A DNA stretch of 64,000 nucleotides from IMG/VR virus record IMGVR_UViG_3300005056_000001, positions 124,001-188,000 of that record; one strand, given 5' to 3'. Within the stretch, counting starts at the first letter, position 1. Each line of letters starts with the position of its first letter. The translations under genes were made by a program, and so were the position numbers. The notes under the pieces were generated by a model. That model did no database searches. It was not told the DNA's origin and worked only from the letters and a program-made list of their open reading frames with translations. This document shows, in pieces, positions 1-9,568 of this stretch.

Positions 1-22
1 GAAGATCTATTGTGATGTTAGT

Positions 23-286
23 GTGGATTTTGAGCCACAATGGATACCCAACATCATTGCCCGTATACAAAAAATATATTTAGATGTTGTTGGACAAAAA
101 CACTTCATGTCTGTACTAGAACAATCCTACTCAGACAGACACAAAAGCGGAGGAGGTTCGTGCGATGATCGTTGTAACGGAAATTCCGAGACCGCCGTCA
201 ACTATTCACACCTTTTGTTTTGGGCAAAAAAGTTGAGATGGTTAGGAGAGAATTGTTTTGTTGTTTTGGAAGAGGAGAACGTTTAA
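23..286 (+). CDS. hypothetical protein (may be 5'-truncated by the window)
   Basis: ORF in a co-directional + strand gene run. Confidence 0.5.
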   Translation: MDFEPQWIPNIIARIQKIYLDVVGQKHFMSVLEQSYSDRHKSGGGSCDDRCNGNSETAVNYSHLLFWAKKLRWLGENCFVVLEEENV

Positions 287-310
287 TGTATCATAGCAAA
301 ATAAAACCCA

Positions 311-601
311 ATGGTAAAGATGTATTTTAAGGGAGGTTCAGGAATTGTGGCTCCTGTTGATTTTAATGGAACACCAATCAAGGAAGGTGACATATTAACA
401 CATTGTTGGTTCGAGAATGATTATACATCTTTCTTTGAGCGTCACACAAATATACACACACCGCAAGAAATCGAAAAAGAGGTTCATAAGCCCTCCGTGG
501 TGGTCAGGTTCGACAAAGAAAAATGCATATTCTATGGAGAAGGAATCACACAAAAACTCTATATGCACGACTTTAGGTTTAAGTGTGCAAAAATAGTATA
601 G
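311..601 (+). CDS. hypothetical protein with YopX-like motif
   Basis: DFNGTPIKEGDIL resembles the YopX DKNGxEIYEGDIL motif. Confidence 0.5.
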   Translation: MVKMYFKGGSGIVAPVDFNGTPIKEGDILTHCWFENDYTSFFERHTNIHTPQEIEKEVHKPSVVVRFDKEKCIFYGEGITQKLYMHDFRFKCAKIV

Positions 602-602
602 T

Positions 603-827
603 ATGTATGCGGAAAAATATATTCAAGTAATTTCAATGTTTACATGTACAGAAATGCCACTTTCGATTGTTGATGGTTACCTTTCAGGAACCGATGATGG
701 TGCTCAGGTCATAGTGGACGAAATTAATAAAACATTAAAGACAGAATTTTATTGGTGTACAGGTATCTCGATCCTAGAAATTGTTGAGCACTTGGTAAAG
801 GAATCAATAGACAATGAAAACATATAA
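603..827 (+). CDS. hypothetical protein
   Basis: tightly packed ORF. Confidence 0.6.
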   Translation: MYAEKYIQVISMFTCTEMPLSIVDGYLSGTDDGAQVIVDEINKTLKTEFYWCTGISILEIVEHLVKESIDNENI

Positions 828-1170
828 GATGAAAAACCTAAGCAACATTATAAAGGATTGTACGTCCATGTTACATTACACAGCAACAAAAAGGTTGGCC
901 AATGACGGATTTAATCAAGTCGGATACGACAAGCATTACACCTTCTTAAAATTGGGTAAATTGCTTGTTCACATATATGTATTTACGGATTCTATTGTGG
1001 TTAAAAAAGAATGTATGTCGGTAGAGGGCGAAAGTAAAACATTCTGCCGTGTATTCAAATTGAATGTCAACAATTTCGATGATGTGTATGACTTCGACGA
1101 TGTGTATGATTCTGTGCTCGAATATATTGAAAAACTTGTAAAAGAAAACAGCAAGGGATGTGTACAATAA
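814..1170 (+). CDS. hypothetical protein with an 18-bp tandem duplication (FDDVYD x2)
   Basis: overlapping operon-style ORF. Confidence 0.6.
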   Translation: MKTYKMKNLSNIIKDCTSMLHYTATKRLANDGFNQVGYDKHYTFLKLGKLLVHIYVFTDSIVVKKECMSVEGESKTFCRVFKLNVNNFDDVYDFDDVYDSVLEYIEKLVKENSKGCVQ

Positions 1171-2051
1171 TCATTAATCTAAAGCCTGAAATGGCAATGG
1201 AAGTATTGAAAGGCAAGGTTACCGACATATTCCGTAAAAGACATCCAAAGGAGGTGGTCACAAAAATATTGGTATATGTGCCCTACCCTGTTCGTAAACT
1301 TCTCATGATATTGGAGGTGTCTCCCCATAGAGTAGTGACGATGAAACAATACCACACCAACAAAACATTCGAAACAAATGCATTCGGTATAACCAAGGTT
1401 ACAGCCCTTAAAAATCCGATTGGACTCGATATGTTGGGGCGTCTCTTAAAGTTTTGGGGGGTTCATGGTGTCGGTTTCGTTTACCTCAAGGACAGGCCCA
1501 ATTTTGTCAAGTATTTAGACGACGAAGGAATCCTTAAACAGGCACCTGATTTCTTGGACGTGGTAAAACCAAGGATTAAGTGTAAGGCCACCACAAACAA
1601 CGGTAATAATTGTCGCAATTATGCCAAGATTAATGGTTATTGTATGACACATGCCCGAATCGTGCTTGATTACCGTGACGAGAATCGTTGTAGTGCAGGA
1701 ACATGTACCCAATACAGATTTCAGGAGCACGATGTTTGTTTGTCGCATCTTGGACAACGAACCCGACTAGAGGAAGAACGTAGGCACGAAGACAACCTAC
1801 TCAATAACGACAAATGCCTCATACAAACTTTTTTCGAGTTTTCCTATTATGAAATGTTTCATGTAGAGGAAGATTCAGAGCTTAGGGAAATTGGCATCTA
1901 TGATCAGGATATCAAATACCTAAAAAACGAGATGAGAAGTTTTACGTTTAATGAACTAGACGTACTATTTCTGACACCATTTTTGGACATGTATCCAAGG
2001 CTTGATTTGCGGGCTCGGTTAGAATGTTTTCTGAATGATCTGTTAAAATAA
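1158..2051 (+). CDS. ASCH/PUA-like domain fused to a Cys/His (DUF5763-like) zinc-finger region
   Basis: N-terminal IIINLKPE..GK...FRK...ILVYV; CKATTNNGNNCRN...GYCMTH. Confidence 0.6.
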   Translation: MCTIIINLKPEMAMEVLKGKVTDIFRKRHPKEVVTKILVYVPYPVRKLLMILEVSPHRVVTMKQYHTNKTFETNAFGITKVTALKNPIGLDMLGRLLKFWGVHGVGFVYLKDRPNFVKYLDDEGILKQAPDFLDVVKPRIKCKATTNNGNNCRNYAKINGYCMTHARIVLDYRDENRCSAGTCTQYRFQEHDVCLSHLGQRTRLEEERRHEDNLLNNDKCLIQTFFEFSYYEMFHVEEDSELREIGIYDQDIKYLKNEMRSFTFNELDVLFLTPFLDMYPRLDLRARLECFLNDLLK

Positions 2052-2119
2052 ATATCTTTATCCTTGTGAGTTAAATAATTAATGACTATTTTGCAAAAAA
2101 AACATCAGAAATAAATAAC

Positions 2120-2569
2120 ATGAGCACAATAATACTTTCCATAAAAGAAATATACACAAACGCAATAGCATCAGGCGAAAAAGACCACGAGTTTCGTAGT
2201 CGTCTTCCTAGAAAAGTGCCACATACCATGATTGTTTATGTCACACATCCTGTGGCAATGATTAAATATGTGTTGTCTGTTGATAAACCCGTGGCGCACC
2301 CCAATCAAATACCATTGGGCGGTCTTGGTAACGATATTTTCAATGACGGGCTTAAAAGGGGCAAATTTGCCTATCCAATAACCAAGGTGTTTGAATTAAA
2401 AACCCCGTTGTCTCTAAAGGATGCCCGTGAACTATGCGGATTTAATGCCCCACAGGCGTTTACATACCTAGAAAAATATCCACGGCTTGAGAAATGGCTC
2501 ATTGGTGCCGACATGAAAATATTAAACACAACAAACCCACAAAATGATAAAGACAGAGCAGAGCTATAA
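2120..2569 (+). CDS. ASCH domain protein
   Basis: IILSIK..Y..AI.SGEK..EFR...IVYVT.PV and terminal APQ.F.Y, typical of ASCH. Confidence 0.8.
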   Translation: MSTIILSIKEIYTNAIASGEKDHEFRSRLPRKVPHTMIVYVTHPVAMIKYVLSVDKPVAHPNQIPLGGLGNDIFNDGLKRGKFAYPITKVFELKTPLSLKDARELCGFNAPQAFTYLEKYPRLEKWLIGADMKILNTTNPQNDKDRAEL

Positions 2570-2957
2570 ACAAGCAAAGAAGCACATTAAGAGCTTCCAA
2601 AGAAACCTTGATGGATTAGAACCGCTTACAATGAGCGATCTTGACTATGATTTTGAACATAATTCGATAAGACACGTGGTCTTGAAAATGGAGGCAGAGG
2701 TAGAACAATTCGAGACAGCTCTATCGGGCAAGATGCCACACATTGACAATCCTACATTGGAAAATCTACACGAGGTTCTTATTTTGTGCCGTATCGCCAA
2801 GGGGGTAAATATAGAGGACTTGGCAAAAGAAGCAAACCTGTCCACAGAAATGCTCATGGAACACGAAAGAGACAATTTCGAAAACTGTCCTTGGTGGGTT
2901 GTGCAAAATATCACAGATATTCTTGGGATTAAAATTAAAATTAAATTTGATGAGTGA
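2544..2957 (+). CDS. XRE-type HTH protein, HigA-like
   Basis: MIKTEQSY N-terminus; LILCRIAKGVNIEDLAKEANLS...E HTH. Confidence 0.7.
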   Translation: MIKTEQSYKQAKKHIKSFQRNLDGLEPLTMSDLDYDFEHNSIRHVVLKMEAEVEQFETALSGKMPHIDNPTLENLHEVLILCRIAKGVNIEDLAKEANLSTEMLMEHERDNFENCPWWVVQNITDILGIKIKIKFDE

Positions 2958-3222
2958 AATAAAAACTATGAAAATATATATCCTTGAACAAACCGATTCC
3001 GATTCTGTTCCTGTTAATTACGCAACAAACGATTCAGAACTGCTCGCACTAAACAAAGCCTATATCGAAAGTTGTAATGTTTATCTTGTACAAAACCAAA
3101 AAATAAACCACCAAGAAGGTCTGATCGAATATGAATACGTAGAAGTTGCAGAATTAGAATTTGGTAATTGGTATGGCGCAACAATTAAATTTATCGAGCT
3201 CACAAGACTACCAAAAAAATAA
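2950..3222 (+). CDS. hypothetical protein, paralog of 3227..3718
   Basis: shared MKIYIL..YATND.ELL.L.KA..NQKIN..FIELT. Confidence 0.65.
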   Translation: MSEIKTMKIYILEQTDSDSVPVNYATNDSELLALNKAYIESCNVYLVQNQKINHQEGLIEYEYVEVAELEFGNWYGATIKFIELTRLPKK

Positions 3223-3226
3223 AATT

Positions 3227-3718
3227 ATGAAAATATATATTCTTGATCCAATGGTGACATGCGAAACGCCATTATCATACGCAACAAACGATTACGAACT
3301 TTTAACCCTCCACAAGGCTGTGTTTAAAAGATTGAGTGTTGGTGTTAGAAACCAAAAAATCAATCAGTCTGAGAAAACAGTGGAATTTGAAGGGACTGCC
3401 ACGGTTAATGGCGATAATTGGTTCAGAGACACCACAAGATTCATCGAACTCACAAAAACAAACCAAGAGGTTAAATGGTCAACGCTTGATAGTGTGGATG
3501 GTAACCGATCATTAAGTCAGCACGGATTTATTGGATGTGATCGTGGTTGGGATCAATACGAAGGGAATAGAACTCTTTGTAGTAGTCAGGTTGGCGCAGA
3601 CGACGGAGAAGGTGGAGGTATTTATGCAACTATGGACGGTATCAAGTCGGAATTGTTTAACGAGGACACCGCCTGTAAAAAATGTTTAAAAATTTATAAT
3701 GAAAAATACAATGAGTAA
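3227..3718 (+). CDS. hypothetical protein with a C-terminal Cys/His zinc motif
   Basis: paralog of the upstream gene; H..TLC...CKKC. Confidence 0.65.
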   Translation: MKIYILDPMVTCETPLSYATNDYELLTLHKAVFKRLSVGVRNQKINQSEKTVEFEGTATVNGDNWFRDTTRFIELTKTNQEVKWSTLDSVDGNRSLSQHGFIGCDRGWDQYEGNRTLCSSQVGADDGEGGGIYATMDGIKSELFNEDTACKKCLKIYNEKYNE

Positions 3719-3980
3719 GTCTATACGAGCAATCAAGCTAACCACACAAAACGGTGATTGGGAAGGGTTTTATGTTGACGGGATGTTAATTTCCGAGAAC
3801 ACAACATTGGGAGAGGGCGATTCTGACACTTTCCTTTGGGACATGGCCGTTAAATATTGCTTTACAAAAGAACAATATCTGTCTGAGGTTCTTAATGATT
3901 TTGACACAACAAACCTGTACGAGTGTGGAAATTTCCCTATCAACCTGTCGGAGCTCACAGGGGATTATATAAACAAGTAA
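3699..3980 (+). CDS. hypothetical protein
   Basis: GDWEGFYVDG motif common in small phage proteins. Confidence 0.6.
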   Translation: MKNTMSKSIRAIKLTTQNGDWEGFYVDGMLISENTTLGEGDSDTFLWDMAVKYCFTKEQYLSEVLNDFDTTNLYECGNFPINLSELTGDYINK

Positions 3981-3989
3981 ATACTTAAA

Positions 3990-5075
3990 ATGAAAGAGCA
4001 AATATTAACAATTAAAAGGGTATTTTTTAAGGCAAAAATCGTTGAGATTGCCTTTGAAGAAGTTAAGGAGTCTTTGTGGTGTAAGTCCAATGTCTTAAAT
4101 AAGGCCCTAGAGGATGCCAATCTATCGGACATTGTGTGTAACCATGGCTATGTTGGCCGAAAAACGAAATGGGTCTTGGGTGATGATTGGGAATTTGATT
4201 CGTTCCTTCCGACACCTGAATCATACACCAACCCGTTAAAGATAATGTTGCACGACAGCAAGTTTATGCAAAGTTTTGTTAAATGGGAGGATTCGGGCAA
4301 GAAGGAGTTCGAGAGAACTTTCCTTAAGATGGTCAAGCAAATTGCAGATTTTTACAATGCCCCACAGCCACTAATACAAGGCAAAGACGGTATTGTTATT
4401 GCAACGCTTTCGGATATGATGCTTGCCATAAACGAGTCGAATAAGGAGGTATTCCTGAAAGACCTGTGTGGGTTTTTGACTAGCGTTAGTGCCATGAAAT
4501 CAAACTTGCCCACCAATGCTGCCACACTAACAACAACACACTACGATTGGAACGAAAGTGGCGACAACAGTCTAAAAGTAAACAATTGTGGTGTTGTGGA
4601 TCTATGGAAGTACAAAAAACTTTCGACACAATCCCTGTTGTTTCTAGACCGAATCTCCTTACACCTAGAATCCGTTAAAAAAGACGGTAGGTACGAAACG
4701 TTTGGGTCTGCCTTGCGAACTATGGGGATTGTACCATACACAACAAGAGATGGTGTGGATGAGCCTGTGCACATACATAGTGATTCTGACGATACAATTG
4801 TAGAACGAATCATGGAGTATCACAAGGTGAACGAATTGGTTGTGCCTAAAGTAACCCGTGTGCTGAACATTGAACAGGCCGCAATCATTGAGTTGTTGGC
4901 ACAATATATGAACACATTCCCCTCGGAACGATTGAGTGCTGTGTTGTACCAAAAAGACATTTTGATTTGCGAGGAGGACACCATGAACCTTCGTGACATC
5001 TCAAAAGACAGCGACAACGAAATACTTTCACGTATTGTAAAAATAAAAAACTTAAATTTTGAAAGTTATGAATAA
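3990..5075 (+). CDS. hypothetical protein with two C-terminal ~60-aa repeats
   Basis: repeats ending DSD..I..RI, shared with the next gene. Confidence 0.7.
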   Translation: MKEQILTIKRVFFKAKIVEIAFEEVKESLWCKSNVLNKALEDANLSDIVCNHGYVGRKTKWVLGDDWEFDSFLPTPESYTNPLKIMLHDSKFMQSFVKWEDSGKKEFERTFLKMVKQIADFYNAPQPLIQGKDGIVIATLSDMMLAINESNKEVFLKDLCGFLTSVSAMKSNLPTNAATLTTTHYDWNESGDNSLKVNNCGVVDLWKYKKLSTQSLLFLDRISLHLESVKKDGRYETFGSALRTMGIVPYTTRDGVDEPVHIHSDSDDTIVERIMEYHKVNELVVPKVTRVLNIEQAAIIELLAQYMNTFPSERLSAVLYQKDILICEEDTMNLRDISKDSDNEILSRIVKIKNLNFESYE

Positions 5076-5517
5076 CGAAAAAAACAGCCAAATGGAAATA
5101 TTAGGACTTGTGTCCTTGTATTTGGCACGATACCCGTCAAACCGATTTGGACAGGCGTTGTATAATTTGGACATTATGCAGTTTGACGGGATTTTTGATG
5201 CCCATGGACTACAGAAATTGCGTGTTATTAAATCCGACAGCGACGAGGACGTGGTCAAACGTACGTTGGTTGCATCAGAAAAATTCGGGTTGACACCAAC
5301 ACTTGAAATTAGTCCGATACCCGTCCATCAAAAAATACTTGATAAAATTGAAAATGCGATCAAAAAATATCCCAATCTTCCATTCGTGGAAATCTTACAC
5401 ATGGTAAATATCCTTGCTGTTTGCACGATTAAAGAAGATGGCGAGGACGTTTTGTACCAACTAGACATTCATGCCAAGGAAGACAACGCAATCCTAAAAG
5501 GGGCCTACTATGTATAA
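5068..5517 (+). CDS. hypothetical protein, two ~60-aa repeats (DUF1040/YihD-like)
   Basis: YPSNRFGQAL...DSDEDVV; YPNLPF..IL...EDNAIL. Confidence 0.6.
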   Translation: MNNEKNSQMEILGLVSLYLARYPSNRFGQALYNLDIMQFDGIFDAHGLQKLRVIKSDSDEDVVKRTLVASEKFGLTPTLEISPIPVHQKILDKIENAIKKYPNLPFVEILHMVNILAVCTIKEDGEDVLYQLDIHAKEDNAILKGAYYV

Positions 5518-5664
5518 GGTAATCAAATAACAGTCAAATAAACTATGCGCTCAATATCAGTATGTTATACTGTATTGGCGCATTTTTTTGTTGGACAAAT
5601 CAAATAAGAATCAATAACAATCGGTTTTATTTTGTGGTTTGGTTATTTTGTACTATTATTGTGT

Positions 5665-6102
5665 ATGAAAAAAATAAAATGTAAAGACTTTGGGATTTAT
5701 AGAATCCAAGGTGGCAGAAAATACAACAGGTTCTTTTGGGAATTCTTTACAAGAGCAACACAACAGACAGAAAGTGATTATCGTGATTATTACGGTTGGG
5801 GGGCTATAGACTGTGCTGTTGCCGAGCTAGAGTATGACCACAATATTTATATCGACATTAACTCCATGGGATTTGGTGGTAGAATCTTTTATATACCAAA
5901 AGAAAACCAAAACGCATTGTGTATACTAAAGGATGTTGTTCTGTCGCATTCTACTAAACACAAGCAGTACAAAAAAACTTACTTACCCGTCGGTCAGGGT
6001 TGGGATTGTAGAGAAGAAAAAAGAAAACGTCAGATAGAACTGTATGCGGCTATAAAGGACAAAAGGATTGATTACTATTTTTGCAAAAACCAAAAAAAAT
6101 GA
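5665..6102 (+). CDS. hypothetical protein
   Basis: ORF; ATG at 5665. Confidence 0.6.
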   Translation: MKKIKCKDFGIYRIQGGRKYNRFFWEFFTRATQQTESDYRDYYGWGAIDCAVAELEYDHNIYIDINSMGFGGRIFYIPKENQNALCILKDVVLSHSTKHKQYKKTYLPVGQGWDCREEKRKRQIELYAAIKDKRIDYYFCKNQKK

Positions 6103-7355
6103 TAAAATTCATCGTACACACCGACACATATTCAGGGAACTTCACACGTCAACTATGTGCCTATGTAACAGGACATCTTAGAGAATGTGAAAGAGGACAC
6201 GAATATGTCAAAAGCGAAACTACAGAAATTTTTAGGGGGTATGTAGAGACTGTAACAGACGACCGTAACACACACACACCTGTTTTGATTCATATCAACC
6301 CGTCAATGACCAATGTCTCGGGAATGATTTTCGACCCCAAAGACAAAGACCAACTAAACTTGGCCATAGAGAAAGGAATTGAGGGGATTAGAGACTATGA
6401 CCTCAATCCTGCCATGGAAAGGCTCGCTTTCTATAAGGGCACCAAATACCAATACATCGACAGGATCAAAAAAGAAATCGTGGGTATTGGAAAGAAAATA
6501 GAAAAATATAAGACTGCACATGATGTTCCTTCGGGTCGTGCCTATGCATCGGTTTGTATTTTCTTTAAGGACAACATTCCTCAACACAAATTGGAGATAG
6601 CAAAAACCTTGGCGGGAGAGTTTTTCGAAAAAGATGAATTCGACGAAATAAAAATGCAAAATATCGAGATTGTTAGAGATGTAGAGGTTGGTACAGATGG
6701 AGTCGAAGAAATCTACAACAACCCGCCACATGACGTCATTGAATCCGAGCTTGTTGACAAAACGATCGAGTTTAAGGATGTTGTTTTTGAGCCACGAATT
6801 GAGGTTAGACAGTGTAATTCCAACAAGGCCGAATACAAAGTCTCAATAACACTTCATGAGTGTAACTACTTTGAAAAAATACGAGTCCTGAATGCTCCTG
6901 ACGGATGTGTTAAAGTATACGATGGGTGTGATGGCTATAGAACCACTGTGACAATCGAAGACGAAGGCAAGAATGTTATCAACCAAAAACTTGCCGAAAT
7001 TTTTGGGCAAGAATATACTCTTCCAAAGCGTGGCAAGGACAGTCTTATGTTCTCGGTCATGAAAGACAGCATGACCAAGGCAGGCTCTAAAGACGTAAGC
7101 GACGAGGCTGTTTTAGAAATCATTGACGAATTCTTTTCTCCAAAGGAATTTACACACCACATCCCTGAATCCGATCTTATGATGTGTGTTAACAGATTTT
7201 ACATGGCAGGATTCGACAATAATATTGCACACCCATCAATGGACTATTTTAGACTCAGTTATAGACTCACCGTCACGGAGTTTATTGGAAAGTTGGACGA
7301 GGTCATTTCGAATAAAAAACTATTTGATATTGTAGTGAAAAATATAAAACGTTAA
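6099..7355 (+). CDS. hypothetical protein
   Basis: long ORF with an ATGA overlap. Confidence 0.7.
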   Translation: MIKFIVHTDTYSGNFTRQLCAYVTGHLRECERGHEYVKSETTEIFRGYVETVTDDRNTHTPVLIHINPSMTNVSGMIFDPKDKDQLNLAIEKGIEGIRDYDLNPAMERLAFYKGTKYQYIDRIKKEIVGIGKKIEKYKTAHDVPSGRAYASVCIFFKDNIPQHKLEIAKTLAGEFFEKDEFDEIKMQNIEIVRDVEVGTDGVEEIYNNPPHDVIESELVDKTIEFKDVVFEPRIEVRQCNSNKAEYKVSITLHECNYFEKIRVLNAPDGCVKVYDGCDGYRTTVTIEDEGKNVINQKLAEIFGQEYTLPKRGKDSLMFSVMKDSMTKAGSKDVSDEAVLEIIDEFFSPKEFTHHIPESDLMMCVNRFYMAGFDNNIAHPSMDYFRLSYRLTVTEFIGKLDEVISNKKLFDIVVKNIKR

Positions 7356-7364
7356 GGTTATGTT

Positions 7365-7400
7365 AAAAATCGGTATCTATACTTGTGGGTACCGATTTTT
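7365..7400 (+). terminator. intrinsic terminator hairpin
   Basis: AAAAATCGGTA...TACCGATTTTT. Confidence 0.6.
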
Positions 7401-7447
7401 GATTACATTTGTAAGGTAATCATTACTAACAAACAAAAATAAGCATC

Positions 7448-7729
7448 ATGAACAATTCTAATTTAGACATATTCAACAAAAGAATACAAAACGACACGAA
7501 CTCAACAATGGATTTTAGAACGTTGATTTGTCAACTATACGATAGTGCCATAAAGCACTACCATATTAAGCTTGATACTACCTTAGCCGATAATACAGCT
7601 AGATACTGTAGGTTGGTTGGTATGAAAACAGCCGTATTAGCGTTAGGTGTAACAAAGGCTACTTATGACCAAATTGATAATATGGCAAAGACTCAAGCAT
7701 GTGTAGACATCCAAAATTGTGATTCCTAA
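7448..7729 (+). CDS. hypothetical protein
   Basis: preceded by a TACATTTG box (7404-7411). Confidence 0.6.
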   Translation: MNNSNLDIFNKRIQNDTNSTMDFRTLICQLYDSAIKHYHIKLDTTLADNTARYCRLVGMKTAVLALGVTKATYDQIDNMAKTQACVDIQNCDS

Positions 7730-7834
7730 TTGTCTGTATAACAATCAAAAATAAAAAAGTAAACCCTAAAAAATACACCACATTCCAAAAACTTTTTGTA
7801 TATTTGTATATTCTTAATTCTAAAAGTATAAAAA

Positions 7835-9106
7835 ATGGAGATTCGTCTTAAAAATATTGCATGTATCAAGGACAGCACCATAAAGATTGGCGGACTGACG
7901 GTCTTAACAGGGGAAAACAACACAGGCAAAAGTATACTAGGCAAGGTTTTATATGGTATACAAGCAGGTGTTTTTCAACAAAAACATGCCTATATATCCC
8001 ACAAGGAAACTGTGATGACAATTCTTTGTAAGGAATTGGTTGTCTTTATTAGAGATTGTAGTTCCTATGACAGGAGACGTAGTGTGCGAAAAATATTCTC
8101 TCCAAAACATTATTTTGATGAGCTGATGTCAATGATTGATGAGCAAGACGCAAAAGTTTTTGAGGGATGGAAAGATAACATCTATGATAATGCAGCCAAA
8201 TTCTTGGAAAGGAAAAATGACCTTGATATTGTTAGGGTAAAATTGGACAGCATGATCCACGCCCTAAAAATTGCCCCAAACAGAAGGGATGAACTAGTCG
8301 GATGTGTGGGTCGGAATTTATCGAATAACCTGCAAGGGAACATTAAGCACGACCGCAAAAAAGAGGCCCGTATTGTTGTAAGTGATGAACAAGGCGAAAT
8401 AATAAATATTTCGGCTTCTGAAAATAGCCATATTGTTGATTCGGTGTCGTTGCGTGAGGATTATGTGTTTAATGCGGTTAGTGTGGTTGAGTCGCCTGTT
8501 TACCTACAATTAAGCCTCTCGGATACGCTCATACCCTACCAAGAACAGCTAATGACTATGTTGGTGGATGGAAAATATTATAAATGTCCCGAGGAAAGTG
8601 TTTGTGGCGACCATGATATATGGCTAGACAAACAAATAAAAAATATAACCTCTATTATAGGCGGTACTATTTCTTCTTGCCCAAAAGGGTTTGTGTTTAT
8701 AAAAAACATGAATGTTGATGGTAAGCGTGGATTTAAGGACATCCCGTCAACTGCCTGTTCTCTTGGTGTCCTGACATTTGGCATGATACAATTGTTATTA
8801 AAGGGACATGGTATTGTAAAAAATGGAGTCGTGTTTATTGACACTCCTGAAGCCCATTTACACCCCAAGCAACAAGTAGAATATGCCAAGGTAATAGCCG
8901 AATTAATTAAATATGGGGTTAATGTGATATTAACCACCAATAGTCCCTACATGCTCAAGGCATTGGTTGAGTACACAAAAGAATGCCCGTCCAATTATTA
9001 TTTTGCGACTCGTGGAGAGGGCGGTTGCAATATGGAAAATATCACATATAATCTAAACAAGGCATTTGTTTCGTTTGCGGAACCATTGCAGGATCTTGTT
9101 TGGTAA
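7835..9106 (+). CDS. AAA_15/AAA_21-type ABC ATPase with degenerate catalytic motifs
   Basis: Walker A LTGENNTGKS; Walker B FIDTPEAHLHP; H-loop TTNSP; TATATTTG box at 7799-7806. Confidence 0.85.
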   Translation: MEIRLKNIACIKDSTIKIGGLTVLTGENNTGKSILGKVLYGIQAGVFQQKHAYISHKETVMTILCKELVVFIRDCSSYDRRRSVRKIFSPKHYFDELMSMIDEQDAKVFEGWKDNIYDNAAKFLERKNDLDIVRVKLDSMIHALKIAPNRRDELVGCVGRNLSNNLQGNIKHDRKKEARIVVSDEQGEIINISASENSHIVDSVSLREDYVFNAVSVVESPVYLQLSLSDTLIPYQEQLMTMLVDGKYYKCPEESVCGDHDIWLDKQIKNITSIIGGTISSCPKGFVFIKNMNVDGKRGFKDIPSTACSLGVLTFGMIQLLLKGHGIVKNGVVFIDTPEAHLHPKQQVEYAKVIAELIKYGVNVILTTNSPYMLKALVEYTKECPSNYYFATRGEGGCNMENITYNLNKAFVSFAEPLQDLVW

Positions 9107-9142
9107 AAAATATTGTATAACGTTTTTTCAAAAAACAAAAAA

Positions 9143-9481
9143 ATGAAAGTAAGAATACTATTCACGGTAAAAACCTATTCAACGTCAGAACAGGTAGTAA
9201 AAGATATCGACGTAAGCAATGCACAATTTAAATTATTGAGCAATACGGGCCGAAACACAGACAAGAAAGTAAAACGGTACTGTGAAACCACCTTCCCAAT
9301 GGCAGACGAGGTATGGATAACATCCATTAAGCGCATAGGACAGTCAGGAGGCTCCAAGAACAACCAAGAAGATAGCACAAGTAATTGGAGTATGTGGGGT
9401 GTAGTAAAGGGGGTGTTAAAGCTGCCATTTTATGTATTAAGAACACTTTGGAGACTGTTCCTTTGGATCTTGCCTGCATAA
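9143..9481 (+). CDS. hypothetical protein, hydrophobic C-terminus
   Basis: ORF with A-rich leader. Confidence 0.6.
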   Translation: MKVRILFTVKTYSTSEQVVKDIDVSNAQFKLLSNTGRNTDKKVKRYCETTFPMADEVWITSIKRIGQSGGSKNNQEDSTSNWSMWGVVKGVLKLPFYVLRTLWRLFLWILPA

Positions 9482-9498
9482 AAAAGAAAATTATATTA

Positions 9499-9553
9499 TA
9501 CAGGGTCATCATACAGGGTCATTGTCCAACATGAACAATGACCCTGTATGATG
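9499..9553. terminator. hairpin between convergent genes, with a TACAGGGTCAT direct repeat
   Basis: CATCATACAGGGTCATTG...CAATGACCCTGTATGATG. Confidence 0.55.
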
Positions 9554-9568
9554 TATTCTTTTCGTAAA

